The position numbers and the translations under genes were made by a program. Positions 1 to 10,640 of a stretch of 64,000 bases of DNA are shown here, one piece after another. This stretch comes from Spirochaetia bacterium (lineage in GTDB: Bacteria > Spirochaetota > Spirochaetia > DSM-2461), in contig OY764216.1 in assembly GCA_963668315.1 (NCBI GenBank), forward strand, positions 4,832,001-4,896,000, in the 5' to 3' direction. Under the pieces are notes generated by a model that saw only the letters and a program-made list of their open reading frames with translations, was not told the DNA's origin and ran no database searches. Every line of letters starts with the position of its first letter. The first letter of the stretch is position 1.

Positions 1-59
1 GACAGAAAGCCGCCCGGGCCATCACGGAGCGTCTGACCCACCACAGCTGACAGGCGAAA

Positions 60-178
60 GGGATTGGAGCGGTTAGGGCGCCCGGCGCCGGTCTGACGCG
101 AGGAAGACCGATGGAGCGCCGGGAGTAAGCCCTTCGAGCGGAAAGCCCGGCCGGGGCGCAGCCCCGGGCCGCCCCCCT
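60..178. repeat. GC-rich structured REP-like intergenic element
   Basis: GGGATTGGAGCGG...AGCGGAAAGCCCGG frame enclosing nested inverted repeats (CCCGGCGC/GCGCCGGG, CGGTCT/AGACCG), followed by a second hairpin GGCCGGGGC-GCA-GCCCCGGGCC; single copy in window. Confidence 0.45.
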
Positions 179-187
179 TCATGCCAT

Positions 188-784
188 CTAGACGGGAAAG
201 GCCGTGTACAGCCCCGCTCCCAGCCCCAGCGAGATGAGTATGGCCCAGAAGGGCTTGAGGCTTGTCTTTTTCCTTAAGACAAAGATAATCAGAAAAATGA
301 GAACCCCCTGCCAGAGAATCGAGAGATCTTTCCAGGAGGAGAGGTCGGCCCAGTTGCTGACGCCCAGGGGCAGTTCGCCGTCCACCAGGGAATTTTCCAT
401 GAAGAAGAGAACCGCCGCGCCTATGAGGCCGATGGCCGCGGAACGGATGCCCCGGATCCACGGTTCGGCCGCCCGGGAGCTTTTGACTCTGTCCAGGAAG
501 CGGATGACCAGGGTGGTCAGGCAGAGAGCGGGGAAGATGAGCCCGAAGGTGGCGATGAGGGCCCCGGGAACTCCGGCGGTGATTTTTCCCACGTAGGTGG
601 CTGTGTTGAGGGCGACAGGCCCGGGGGTCATCTGGGAGACGGCCACCATGTCGGCGAACTCCGAGGGGAGACACCAGCCCCGCCCCACCACTTCCTGCTG
701 GATGAGGGAGATCATGGCGTATCCCCCTCCGAAGGTGACCGCGCCGATGCGGCAGAAGACCCAGAAAAGTTCGAGATAGATCAT
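188..784 (-). CDS. chrA: Short-chain chromate transporter, subunit 2
   Basis: Motifs FGGGYAMI and SQMTPGP; hydrophobic; overlaps its paralog. Confidence 0.9.
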   Translation of the reverse strand: MIYLELFWVFCRIGAVTFGGGYAMISLIQQEVVGRGWCLPSEFADMVAVSQMTPGPVALNTATYVGKITAGVPGALIATFGLIFPALCLTTLVIRFLDRVKSSRAAEPWIRGIRSAAIGLIGAAVLFFMENSLVDGELPLGVSNWADLSSWKDLSILWQGVLIFLIIFVLRKKTSLKPFWAILISLGLGAGLYTAFPV

Positions 785-1335
785 GCCTTCGCCTCCCCGT
801 CCCGGCGGAACAGAAGCCAGCCGAGGAAGGCGGAGAGGAGAACGACCAGCACGGCGTTGATTTCCAGCACTTCCAGGGCGAGAAAGGCGAAGCAGGCCAG
901 GAAGACTTCCCTTTTTCCCTTGAGGGTTTTCATTCCCAGACCGATGACGACGGCCAGCAGAAGGGCGGTCACTCCCGCCCTGACGCCCAGAAAGGCCCGG
1001 GCCACATAGAGGTTGTCCGTGATAAGCTGTACGGCCGAGGCCAGGGCCGTGATGATGACTACGGAGGGGACCAGGACGCCCACCACCGAGAAGACGGCCC
1101 CCCAGAATCCCGCCTTGATCCGGCCGATCATGAGGGAGGAGTTCAGGGCGATGACTCCGGGAAGGGTGTTACACATGGTATAAACGTCGAGCATGTCCTC
1201 TTCGGTAATCCAGCCCCGCCTTTTCACAAATTCGTCCTCCATGAGAGGGAGCATGACCGCTCCGCCCCCCAGGGTGAAGGCGGAAATTTTAAAGAATGAG
1301 AAAAAAAGACTCATCAGTAGGGAAAAATATTTCAT
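781..1335 (-). CDS. chrA: Short-chain chromate transporter, subunit 1
   Basis: LGGGAVML and NTLPG motifs; start MKYF chosen (ORF track extends to 1371). Confidence 0.88.
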   Translation of the reverse strand: MKYFSLLMSLFFSFFKISAFTLGGGAVMLPLMEDEFVKRRGWITEEDMLDVYTMCNTLPGVIALNSSLMIGRIKAGFWGAVFSVVGVLVPSVVIITALASAVQLITDNLYVARAFLGVRAGVTALLLAVVIGLGMKTLKGKREVFLACFAFLALEVLEINAVLVVLLSAFLGWLLFRRDGEAKA

Positions 1336-1380
1336 GTGCCTATTCGACCACAGGGATGAATAATTGTCCATGCCTTTCCC

Positions 1381-1408
1381 TTGACCTGAGGCATTTTTAG
1401 TGTAAAAT
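1381..1408 (+). promoter_or_regulatory. Candidate sigma70 promoter of proS
   Basis: TTGACC-16-TAAAAT, 9 nt before the ATG at 1418. Confidence 0.4.
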
Positions 1409-1417
1409 TAAAGCAGT

Positions 1418-3103
1418 ATGAATTACTCCGATCTTCCCGGCAAGGTGAACCGCCCGGGGACGATAAAGCCGTCCCTTTACAAAGGTAACGACCTCCTTCT
1501 CACGGCGGGCTTCATAAGGCCTTCGGGCAGGGGGCTCATCTCCTACCTGCCCCTGGGGATGAGAGTCCTGAGAAACCTCAAAAGAGTCATCAGCGAAGAG
1601 ATGGAAGCCCTGGGGGGCATGGAGATCGCCGCTCCCCTGGTGGCATCGGAAAGCCTCTGGGAAGTGACGGGCAGGAACGAGAGCTCCTCGGTGGAATTCG
1701 CCCGTTTCACCGACAGGCAGGGACGAAGGATGGTGCTGGCCCCCACCCACGAGGAGGCGATTACCGACCTGATCAAAGAGGATATCCGTTCCCACAAGGA
1801 CCTGCCCCTGTTCGTTTTCCAGAATCAGATAAAATTCCGGGACGAGATACGCCCGCGGGGCTACCTTATCCGGTCCCGTGAATTCCTTATGCACGACGGA
1901 TATTCCTTCCACCGGAACTATACGGAGCTGAACAACTTCTTCCCGAAAATTTTCGCCGCCTACGAAAGGGTCCTGAAGCGTTGCTCCGTTCCCTATATCA
2001 CTTCCGAAGCCGATCCGGGCTTCATGCGCGGTTCACGCTCCTATGAATTCACCATGCCCCATGAGTACGGTAAAGACGTGGTGGTCCAGTGCCCCCAGTG
2101 CGGCTATCGGGCCAACAGGAACATTGCCCGATGCGAAAAGCCCACCCGCTCTGAACCGCTTGAGGAGATGGAGGAGCGCGCCTGCGACTCTTTTTTACAG
2201 CAGGGAAGAAAGGAGAGGCCCGACGAGTATGCCCGATGCCACATTTTCAAAGGCGAACGGCGCTACATCATGGCCGTGTACCGAAGCGATTTTTCCCTGA
2301 GCGTGGACAAGATAAAAAAGATGACCGGAGAGGACGAACTGATCCCCGCCACGGAGGAGGAGATCCGAGGCCTGGGCATAGATCCCAAGTCCGTATCCCC
2401 CTTCAATCACTCCGCCTGTCTTATCGTGGTGGACGACAGCGTGACCGATACCTCCAATCTGATCATGCCCTCCGGAGTGGAGGGATTCTGCTTCACCGGA
2501 GTCAATTTCGGCAGGGATTTCGATGCCCATAAGACGGGGGATATCGTGAAGGCCGGCGAGAGCAATATCTGCCGTATCTGCGGAACCAATCTCCAGACGA
2601 TAAGGGGGATCGAGCTGGCCCACATTTTCAAACTGGATGACTTTTACTGCCGGAAATTCTCTCTCTCCTTTCAGGATGAGGACAACAAGATAAAAACCCC
2701 CTTCATGGGCAGCTACGGGATAGGCCTGGGGCGCCTGCTCTTTGCGGCGGCCGAATCCAACAACGACGAAAAGGGCCTCCTCTGGCCCGCCGAGATCGCC
2801 CCTTTCCGGTATTTTATCATGGGTATCGGGAAATCCCCCTCCGTGAGGGACCGGGTTTACGAACTGGCGGAAAAGCTGGGAAATCAGGTTCTGGTGGATG
2901 ACAGAAAGGAGGGAATCGGTGTAAAATTGCGCGATTGCGACATCATGGGCATTCCCTGCCGGATAATCATTTCCAACCGTTTCCTGGAAAAGGGAGAGGT
3001 GGAAGTCTACACCCGGAGAGACCGCGCCATAACCTATGTCTCATACACGGAACTGCTCCCCCGGTTACAGGAATGGGAGCGGGAACAGGGGTTAAGAACA
3101 TGA
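1418..3103 (+). CDS. proS: Prolyl-tRNA synthetase, bacterial type, divergent
   Basis: LAPTHEE, FRDEIRPR..REFLM, MGSYGIG, C-terminal anticodon-binding domain. Confidence 0.85.
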   Translation: MNYSDLPGKVNRPGTIKPSLYKGNDLLLTAGFIRPSGRGLISYLPLGMRVLRNLKRVISEEMEALGGMEIAAPLVASESLWEVTGRNESSSVEFARFTDRQGRRMVLAPTHEEAITDLIKEDIRSHKDLPLFVFQNQIKFRDEIRPRGYLIRSREFLMHDGYSFHRNYTELNNFFPKIFAAYERVLKRCSVPYITSEADPGFMRGSRSYEFTMPHEYGKDVVVQCPQCGYRANRNIARCEKPTRSEPLEEMEERACDSFLQQGRKERPDEYARCHIFKGERRYIMAVYRSDFSLSVDKIKKMTGEDELIPATEEEIRGLGIDPKSVSPFNHSACLIVVDDSVTDTSNLIMPSGVEGFCFTGVNFGRDFDAHKTGDIVKAGESNICRICGTNLQTIRGIELAHIFKLDDFYCRKFSLSFQDEDNKIKTPFMGSYGIGLGRLLFAAAESNNDEKGLLWPAEIAPFRYFIMGIGKSPSVRDRVYELAEKLGNQVLVDDRKEGIGVKLRDCDIMGIPCRIIISNRFLEKGEVEVYTRRDRAITYVSYTELLPRLQEWEREQGLRT

Positions 3104-3987
3104 ATGAAAAAGTAATTCTCTCGCCGGAACTCCTCGAACAGATTATTTTCGGGATGGAGAACCAGGCGGAGAATTTCTGTCTGGACGTGGAAAAACTGAC
3201 CGTTATTCCCAAAAGTCAGAAGGAGGAGGAGGACCCGGAGGAACTCCGCTATCTCTCCCTTCCCCGCTGGACCCCTGCCAACGGCTACAGCATCATGGAA
3301 AGGTTCGTCCTCTCCCTGAACAATCCCCTCTACCGGAGCCGCCTGAGATCGATTCTCCACTCGGGGAAAGGGGTTTTCCGTAATTTCAAGGATCTGCTCA
3401 AGGAGAAACCGGAAATTGAGAAACTCTGGTTTCATTACAAGACCCGGGAGCTGCGTAATTATATTCAGGAGTGGCTGGACAGTTTCGAAAACTACCGCAA
3501 TATGATGACCCTGGGGGAAGCGAAGGAAAACCTGGAAGAGCTGCTTCTCAGCGATTTCCTATTCCTGGAAAGTCCCGCCCACCACAGAGAGGAAGTACGG
3601 AGACTGGACAGGGATGTGCTGGACAGGATGAAGAAAGAGCTTCCCCATGAGATACGGACCTCGGAGGGCGTTTATGTGCCCATGAAGGATGATTCCGATT
3701 TCATCGTGGCCGAATCACCGGAAAAGGAGATGGCCGGCTTTATTGTCTACTCCATCGAAGGCGACTCCGCCGTCATCACGAATCTGTATACCCTTCCCGA
3801 GTATAGAGGCCTCCGCGTGGCGGAAGAACTCTATTCTCAGACGGAAGCGCTTCTTTTATCAAAGGGGATCTCCCGGATCTACGCGGCGGGCATTCCGTCC
3901 CAGAGCGTTCTGAACCACTTCTTTCTGGAAAAGCAGTTCGAACCGCGTATTATAACCTATTCGAAGAAAATCTATCCCGATTACTGA
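3100..3987 (+). CDS. UPF0158-family domain fused to a C-terminal GNAT acetyltransferase
   Basis: LPRW..ANGYSIMERF..GKGVFRNFKDLL..W pattern; C-terminal LYTLPEYRGLRVA acetyl-CoA motif; ATGA overlap with proS. Confidence 0.75.
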   Translation: MNEKVILSPELLEQIIFGMENQAENFCLDVEKLTVIPKSQKEEEDPEELRYLSLPRWTPANGYSIMERFVLSLNNPLYRSRLRSILHSGKGVFRNFKDLLKEKPEIEKLWFHYKTRELRNYIQEWLDSFENYRNMMTLGEAKENLEELLLSDFLFLESPAHHREEVRRLDRDVLDRMKKELPHEIRTSEGVYVPMKDDSDFIVAESPEKEMAGFIVYSIEGDSAVITNLYTLPEYRGLRVAEELYSQTEALLLSKGISRIYAAGIPSQSVLNHFFLEKQFEPRIITYSKKIYPDY

Positions 3988-4910
3988 TTCTTGAGTATTT
4001 TCAGCTTTTCCAGACGGGCCGGCTCGTTTTCCTCATGCATTTCGAAAAGGGTATCCATAACCTTATCCACCACATACTGCTTGGCGTCCACCCCTTCGGG
4101 TATCTCGGCGGAGACTTCGTTTCGGAAGCTTCTGGCCTCCACAACGGGGGAGAAGGTGAATGTCATGATGTCCGGAGACGGCTCATCCTTTTCCATGGCC
4201 TCTTCCCGGCAGGGGACCAGGGTATTACCGTTAATGGAGAGAAAGCAGAGATAATCAAAGGTCTTCAAGTAAGAGTAGATCTCCCGCACCCCTTTTCGTG
4301 AAGTGGGATCCCAGGGACGGTATCTCGTACCGGCGGGAAATACGGTGATAATGTGCCCCGAGTGCTTCCTGTGGGTCAGCTCCTTGATCGCGGCGATATT
4401 GATGGGAACGCTGATCTCCCGGATCCTCTTTTTCTCCTCTTCATTCTCAACCTTGTCGATGGATCGGCTGGGATAAATGACGATAGTATCGTAGGAGTTG
4501 GAGAAGGCGGCGGTGACGGGATTCCCTTCGCTCAGCTTCATACCCTGGATGGGGAGCATGGCTCCGGCCACTTCGGGGCCTACCTTGGGATCGTTCTCCA
4601 TAAGGCGGTAGAGACAGGGATAATCAAAGTTGCTGTAGTGCTCCACCAGGAGAAGGCAGGCTTTTCCCGAACGGCTTTTCTCGTAGAGATCCAGAAGGGC
4701 TTCGCTGTTGACAAGTCCGCTTCCGGGAAGCATGAGCGCTTCCACCATATCCCCGATTATCTTCCGGTTCGCCGGAACACCTTCCTGAAAGACGTTATCC
4801 GGTCTGAAACCGTAATCACGCCCCTCCAGATTTTTAGTCATAAGCTGTATCTGATCCAAATAATCGGACACTCTCATTTGAAATACCTCGCTATCATTCT
4901 CTGGTCTCAA
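3981..4910 (-). CDS. Glycerol-3-phosphate/lysophospholipid acyltransferase
   Basis: HxxxxD (HYSNFD) and FPAGTR motifs; start may be 4877. Confidence 0.8.
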   Translation of the reverse strand: MRPENDSEVFQMRVSDYLDQIQLMTKNLEGRDYGFRPDNVFQEGVPANRKIIGDMVEALMLPGSGLVNSEALLDLYEKSRSGKACLLLVEHYSNFDYPCLYRLMENDPKVGPEVAGAMLPIQGMKLSEGNPVTAAFSNSYDTIVIYPSRSIDKVENEEEKKRIREISVPINIAAIKELTHRKHSGHIITVFPAGTRYRPWDPTSRKGVREIYSYLKTFDYLCFLSINGNTLVPCREEAMEKDEPSPDIMTFTFSPVVEARSFRNEVSAEIPEGVDAKQYVVDKVMDTLFEMHEENEPARLEKLKILKNQ

Positions 4911-4959
4911 CCAAACAAGTATAGGTTATTATGGATAACTTGTACAGCCAAATTGACAA

Positions 4960-6876
4960 CTATGACAGGACTTCTTCCAGTTCTCCCTCTTCTGTCTGTT
5001 CCAGGGATGCTTCGTCGAGTTCGGAAAACTCGTCCCCGTCCTCCGGTTCGCCATCGATTTTGAATTTATCAACCTTTCCCCGGAGAACCTCCATATTCTC
5101 CCGGTTCTTCTCACTGACATCCTGCATGGAGGTCATGGCGCTGATAATTTCCCGGCTCCCCTCATTAATCTCTTTGATACCGTTGAGAACGGTGGAGGAG
5201 AGCTGCTGCAGACTTCCCATATTTTTTGTGATGCCGGAGGATTCACCCTGCAGGGCTTTCACTTCATCAAGAATCTCTATGGTGACTTCCCTCACCTCTC
5301 CCGTACCGGCGAGGACTTCCCGGGATCCGCCGGATATCTCATCCATGGACCGGGAGATCTCCAAAAGGGCCTGGGATGTGCTTTCCACTTCCTTTTCTAT
5401 GTGGGAGAAGTGCTTGAGACTGATCTGGCTGCTGTCGTTAGCCTCTTTGATCCTCTCGGTTATCTGCTTGAGGGAACGGGCCACAATCTGGGCGTTTTCT
5501 CCCGTGGAATCGGCCAGTTTGCGGATCTCATCGGCCACAACGCCGAATCCCTTGCCCGCTTCACCGGCGTGGGCGCTCTCAATGGCGGCGTTCATGGAGA
5601 GCAGGTTGGTCTGATCGGCGATATTGTCGATGATCTCAATGATCTCAACAAGATCTTCGATATCGCTGGAAACCTGATTGATGGCTCTGTATGTCTCCTG
5701 AACCCGCTCACTCCCCTGACCTGTGGCCTGGATCAGCCCTTCAACCTGGGATGCCCTTTCCGATGCGACCCGGGACACGTTGGATACGGAGGCCATCATC
5801 TCCTCTACCGCCGAAGCAGATTCGGCAACGGCGGAGGACTGCCTTTCCACACCCCCCACCTGATTCTCCAGTTTGCCGTTGATCCTTTCAAGAGCCTCGA
5901 AGACTTCGTTGACAACCTGATCCAGAGAGTCGAACTGACGCTCCATATTCTTGAGATTGGCGGTGATTTCGGTCATGGATGCGGAGGACTGGGTGACACT
6001 GGCCCCCATTTCCTCCCGGAGGTTCTGCCCTTCCAGTACATTTTTTTTGATATCCCCCACGATAGTCTTGAGCTGTTCCATTACACGGTTGGCGTGATCG
6101 GTCAGCAGCCCGGTCTCGTCCTTAGCCGTCTTCTTGATCTTGACGGTAAGATCCTGATCGGCTATGGAGCTCATGATTTTTTCGACCTCTTTCAGCCGCC
6201 AGCTGAGACGGGAGGCGAAGGAGAGGACGAGAATGATAGATCCCAGAACCACGAGGCTTATGACAGCGATGATGATAATCTGCTGCCTCTTCTGTATTCT
6301 GGACTGCAGCCCCCCGATGATATTGGGCATATCCAGAAGAAGGACCTCAAAGGCAGAGGAGGCGGAAATCATGGTATCCATTTTGGACTGGAAGTTCATG
6401 GCGTTCATCAGATAGCCACGCCTTACAGAGTTGTCCGCATCGGCCAGTTTGACCAGGGGCTCCATCTGCGTATCGCTGATAAGAAGCTCGTTTGACGAAT
6501 CGTCCACGAAATCATCAATGAAGGTGATCGTGAGTCTTAAGTAGTCCCAAAGGGAGGAGAGATTCTCCTGTTTCTCATGGGTCAGGGGATATTCGGCCAG
6601 GACAGGTGAATTGATCATCTGGTCCAGGGATTGATTAAAGTCCTTGAAAGTGGGCTCCCATTTTGTCTGGTAAGTATTACGGAGATCTGTTTCGGCATAC
6701 ATCTCCCGAAGAGCAAGAATCATGGATTCCCATTCGAAAAGTGTCTTGGCAGCGTTATTGGTTTCCACATGCAGTCTGTTAACCTCGGCGGTGGCACTTT
6801 GAATAACAACAATCGCACCTGAAAAGATGAGAATGACAACAAAAAACAGAATTAACAGTTTAGCTCTTATATACAT
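4960..6876 (-). CDS. Methyl-accepting chemotaxis protein
   Basis: Two TM helices, [47 protein letters not shown] before ATG 6876. Confidence 0.95.
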   Translation of the reverse strand: MYIRAKLLILFFVVILIFSGAIVVIQSATAEVNRLHVETNNAAKTLFEWESMILALREMYAETDLRNTYQTKWEPTFKDFNQSLDQMINSPVLAEYPLTHEKQENLSSLWDYLRLTITFIDDFVDDSSNELLISDTQMEPLVKLADADNSVRRGYLMNAMNFQSKMDTMISASSAFEVLLLDMPNIIGGLQSRIQKRQQIIIIAVISLVVLGSIILVLSFASRLSWRLKEVEKIMSSIADQDLTVKIKKTAKDETGLLTDHANRVMEQLKTIVGDIKKNVLEGQNLREEMGASVTQSSASMTEITANLKNMERQFDSLDQVVNEVFEALERINGKLENQVGGVERQSSAVAESASAVEEMMASVSNVSRVASERASQVEGLIQATGQGSERVQETYRAINQVSSDIEDLVEIIEIIDNIADQTNLLSMNAAIESAHAGEAGKGFGVVADEIRKLADSTGENAQIVARSLKQITERIKEANDSSQISLKHFSHIEKEVESTSQALLEISRSMDEISGGSREVLAGTGEVREVTIEILDEVKALQGESSGITKNMGSLQQLSSTVLNGIKEINEGSREIISAMTSMQDVSEKNRENMEVLRGKVDKFKIDGEPEDGDEFSELDEASLEQTEEGELEEVLS

Positions 6877-7140
6877 ATTTTTTTTACTCCTTAAACTCCC
6901 GAAAACAGGGATAAATTGTAAACCTGCTTCTCCAGAAAAACAATTCTTTTTTTCCCCCATCGCTTTTTTAGGACAAATCTACATAATAGACGGACGGAGC
7001 GGAAAATCGCGCTGTACCCGGGGATATCCCGGAGAATAAATAAACATAGCACATATCATTGTTTATATCAGAGTTTCCCCCTCCCATTCCCTGATTTTTC
7101 ATCAGGGATAAATTATTTTACCTTTTTTTGAGAAGGTGTA

Positions 7141-7169
7141 TTGACAACTTTTCAACAAACCACTATATT
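7141..7169 (+). promoter_or_regulatory. sigma70 promoter of the tRNA
   Basis: TTGACA-17-TATATT, 14 nt before the tRNA. Confidence 0.75.
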
Positions 7170-7183
7170 ATGTCCCACAACGA

Positions 7184-7256
7184 CGCAGGGTGGAGCAGTT
7201 GGCAGCTCGTCGGGCTCATAACCCGAAGGCCGGAGGTTCGAGTCCTTCCCCTGCTA
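7184..7256 (+). tRNA. tRNA-fMet (CAT), CCA not encoded
   Basis: Cloverleaf; anticodon loop CTCATAA; three G-C pairs at the base of the anticodon stem; 1:72 mismatch; GTTCGAGTC T-arm. Confidence 0.95.
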
Positions 7257-7258
7257 AA
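7214..7258 (+). repeat. att core, copy 1 (tRNA 3' half, 45 bp)
   Basis: Identical to 27179-27223. Confidence 0.95.
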
Positions 7259-7331
7259 TTATTAGTCCGAAAGGATTTAGTGAAAATTATTTTAATGAGT
7301 AACTACCGTAAAAACGGCGTTTATCATTAGT

Positions 7332-7354
7332 TGTCCTATGAAAAGTGTAGTAAA
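7332..7354 (+). repeat. Candidate integrase arm-type site, left
   Basis: TGTCCTATGAAAAGTGTAGTAAA, 22/23 identical to 27015-27037. Confidence 0.65.
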
Positions 7355-7368
7355 CACTGGGAGAGACT

Positions 7369-8697
7369 ATGAAACGCCGTTTTTATTTTTATAACCGTGG
7401 TGTGAATAAGACCTGGTACGTGGCTATTCTTAATCCCAAAACGGGAGAAAGATTACCCGCCAGAAGTACTGGTACGTCTGATCGGGAAAAAGCCGAATAC
7501 CTTGCCAACAAATGGTATTACGAAGGAATTCCCAAGGAGAAGACTTCCGATCCTCGTTCGGTAAAAGAACTCTGTTCCGTTGATAAGATTCTATCTGACT
7601 TACGTTCAATCTCTCTACAAAATACCGATGTCCGTCGATTCCTCCGTTATTTCAAAGAAGAAGGTTTCATAAACGACATCAGCCTCAGAGGCAATTCCAA
7701 TGAAACCTTCTGTGATTTCCTTGCCCGAATCTGGGATTACGAGAACTCTCCCTATGTACGTGAAAAGAAAGCCCATGGACAAAGAGTCGGACAAACACGC
7801 TGTCGGGATTGTAGCGCAGCTCTGAATAATTATTGGATGCCCTACTTCCAAGATATTCCCATCTACGATATAACCCGTCAAAAGCTTAAAGATTTCTCCC
7901 TTACACTATCAGAGAAAGGACTGGCCGCCGCTACTATTAATAATATTATGGACGCCGGTTGCGTTCCCTTACGCTGGGCATATGCGAATGAATTGATTGA
8001 AACAGATCCGACTAGTGGTCTCATGCGATTTTCTGGTAAAAAGAAACGCCGTGGAATCCTATCCGTAGATGAAGCGGAGAAGCTTTTTTCAGAGGGAGAC
8101 TGGTATGGAAATGAGGGAGCCCGGCTGGGAAACCTTCTGGCCTATCAGACTGGATTAAGAGCGGGAGAGATTGTTTTCCTGAAGGTACGACACCTGGAAC
8201 AGGACCGTATCAAGATAGAAGGTTCCTTCTCTACTGTTGAAGGAGCCAAAGAGACAAAGACCCAGGAAAACCGGGAAGTTCCCCTACTCCCGGAGATGCG
8301 ACGAGCTCTTCTGAATCACGCCAAAAAGAGCCCTCACGGCTTCGGACCGGAAAACTGGATATTCTTTCAGGAAAGTGCAAAAGATCGTCCTATGAGGCAG
8401 GAAACGTTTAATAAAAGACTCAAGAAGGCTCTCTACAGTATTGGGATCAATGAAGTGGAAAGAAAGGAACGGAGTATCTCCTTCCATAGCTGGAGGCACC
8501 TCTTTGCTTATATTATTTCCAAAGAGCTGGATAAGAAAGTAATGCAGCTTACAGGGTGGAAAACGGAAGCTATGCTGGAAAATTACAGTATGCATAAAAC
8601 AGAGGCGGATTTCCAGAAAGCAGCAGAAGCAACGGGACGGATATTTTCGAATATCCTCCCCTTCTCCCATAAAGCGACTAAGGAGGCCACCGTATGA
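7369..8697 (+). CDS. Tyrosine recombinase/integrase 1
   Basis: GLRAGE, FHSWRH, LTGW...ENY catalytic residues; N-terminal arm-binding-like region. Confidence 0.95.
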   Translation: MKRRFYFYNRGVNKTWYVAILNPKTGERLPARSTGTSDREKAEYLANKWYYEGIPKEKTSDPRSVKELCSVDKILSDLRSISLQNTDVRRFLRYFKEEGFINDISLRGNSNETFCDFLARIWDYENSPYVREKKAHGQRVGQTRCRDCSAALNNYWMPYFQDIPIYDITRQKLKDFSLTLSEKGLAAATINNIMDAGCVPLRWAYANELIETDPTSGLMRFSGKKKRRGILSVDEAEKLFSEGDWYGNEGARLGNLLAYQTGLRAGEIVFLKVRHLEQDRIKIEGSFSTVEGAKETKTQENREVPLLPEMRRALLNHAKKSPHGFGPENWIFFQESAKDRPMRQETFNKRLKKALYSIGINEVERKERSISFHSWRHLFAYIISKELDKKVMQLTGWKTEAMLENYSMHKTEADFQKAAEATGRIFSNILPFSHKATKEATV

Positions 8698-9340
8698 TTG
8701 ATGAGATACCCCAGGATTTTGCGTTTAAGGAACAGACAACTCTAGAGAGCCTTGAGAATGGAATTAGGGCTATTGAGGGTAATGTAAAGGTTGGCCTTGC
8801 TATTATTGCCGTCAGCCTAGGACGGGTTCGGCGTGAAAAGCTTTATCTGTCGCTCTGCTCCGATTTCAAAACCTACTGCCGTATGGATCGATTTGATATG
8901 TCTTATAACAAGCTGTTACACCTCTCTATTATCGGGGAGAACTGGTGGAATCATCGGCAGGCGCTTCATGATCATAACATCAAACTATCGGAACATATGT
9001 CAAAAGTTCGGCTTCTTACGTCTGACTTGAACGAAACGATCCGGCGCTCTCCCCTTTTCTTTCAACGTTTTAAAGAGTTATCACATAGGGAGTTAAGGAT
9101 ATATTAAAAAAAAGATGTGACAACTTGAACGTTCGCGTTGAACGGGAAGATATCGGAGATGTGACCGCAACTCGGAAGGGATTATATATTGACGGGGTTA
9201 AAGTCCGCGGCTTGGATATGGATGAAGTCAGGGAGCAAATGGCAGCAGGAAAAAGAGCCGTAGTTATCTGGGTGAAGGATGATGGAGAGGCGCGAAAGAT
9301 CAGGAGATATATAAGGAACCGGCTTGACTTTTCTATTTAG
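8694..9340 (+). pseudogene. Integrase partner protein, split by a 1-nt frameshift near 9095
   Basis: ORFs 8694-9107 and 9125-9340 together align with the intact paralog 28673-29314 (REL|KDILKKR vs RELKDFIEKR; GKRAVVIWV.DD.EARK). Confidence 0.8.
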
Positions 9341-9363
9341 GTGCAGTAATTACTATTTGCACG

Positions 9364-10341
9364 ATGCTTAAAAGATACAAGCTTGCAGATCCAGATGATC
9401 TCTATCGACAACACTTACGAGATAGCCTCAAAGAACGTCTTCCACAAGAAAGAAGAATGAATAGACATGGTAAGTTCTTCTGGGATTCCCCTAATAACAA
9501 TCACTATATTTCCCTTGATGAATTGATAGAGCCTGTCCCCAAAAAGGAACTGTTGGAATTCGAATATCAAAATTTCATGCTTAAAAAATATTTTCATCTA
9601 GATCAGGAAGATAAAGTCCTTCTAATTAACAGGAATATTCAAGCGGCAAAGGACTATTTACTTGATTTAAGGTTTGTCCTTTCATTTCGGGACTCTATTG
9701 ATAAAAAGGAAATCAGAGAAAAATACGAGACTCAACCGGAAGACGATATACTCCGCCTTCAAAAGGTTATGAATTTGCCTGGTGTTGAAGACTTCTATAA
9801 TGCCCTTAATATCCTACCTATGGGGGATGAATACAAAAGGATTCATCAATATATAATGGAAGGGGATTATTATTATTTCTTAAGCTTAGATTTCTTCGAC
9901 GATCTTTCGAAGTTTACCATCATTAATTACGATATTCTTCTCTATGAAGTCTTTAAAATTGATGGGATTCAACCGGAAGAGATAAAAGAGAATGAGTTTC
10001 TTTCAATTCTCAGAAAGCATGTAAGGCAAAAAAAAATGAAGGATGAGTTGAAATTTGACATCTATAAAATATTTAAAAAAGCAGTTGACGATGGACTTTT
10101 TATTCTAGAGGAAGACGATGAAGGCAACATCTATTATGACTTTCAGTTAGGAGTAGGTGCTGCTCGATGGTTCTTCTTTGATGGTGATTTTCATAATTGG
10201 ACAGATTGTACGAACTATGTTAAAAGCAAGGGTAGCAGCCTTCCAGGTACTTTCCGTAGTTCATGTAGTGCAAAGGAACCGAAAGAATATCTTCCAATAC
10301 GAGAAAAATACTTTCCAGAAATTGATAATTCCTTGGAATAA
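9364..10341 (+). CDS. Hypothetical protein
   Basis: 325-aa ORF, no recognised motif. Confidence 0.7.
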   Translation: MLKRYKLADPDDLYRQHLRDSLKERLPQERRMNRHGKFFWDSPNNNHYISLDELIEPVPKKELLEFEYQNFMLKKYFHLDQEDKVLLINRNIQAAKDYLLDLRFVLSFRDSIDKKEIREKYETQPEDDILRLQKVMNLPGVEDFYNALNILPMGDEYKRIHQYIMEGDYYYFLSLDFFDDLSKFTIINYDILLYEVFKIDGIQPEEIKENEFLSILRKHVRQKKMKDELKFDIYKIFKKAVDDGLFILEEDDEGNIYYDFQLGVGAARWFFFDGDFHNWTDCTNYVKSKGSSLPGTFRSSCSAKEPKEYLPIREKYFPEIDNSLE

Positions 10342-10448
10342 TTAAAAATACTACCGCATACTACAAAAAATACTACCTAACTGTATCTTACATATCGCAA
10401 ATAACCAGTTACATTGGATTCATCATTTTTATCCAATAGGAGCTGTTT

Positions 10449-10640
10449 ATGAGCAAGAAACTGTTTGCAACACCAAAAGAAGCCATGGAAAGGCTTTGTA
10501 TCAGTTATTCGACTTTTATCAGAAAGGTTAATGACAAGAGCATCCCATCTGTAAAGATCGGTAACCAGATCCGCATACCACTTTCATATTTCTCTGATCT
10601 GGAAGAAAAAGCTTATGGTAAAATCGGAGGTGACTGTTAA
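10449..10640 (+). CDS. Excisionase-like helix-turn-helix protein
   Basis: TPKEAMERLCISYSTFIRKV..IPSVKIGNQIRIP; AGGAG RBS. Confidence 0.85.
   Translation: MSKKLFATPKEAMERLCISYSTFIRKVNDKSIPSVKIGNQIRIPLSYFSDLEEKAYGKIGGDC

Noticed and set aside
5401..6495. Long antisense ORFs (also 54860-56035, 57380-58636, 60164-60961)
   Set aside because: Shadow frames opposite well-supported GC-rich genes, with no motifs.
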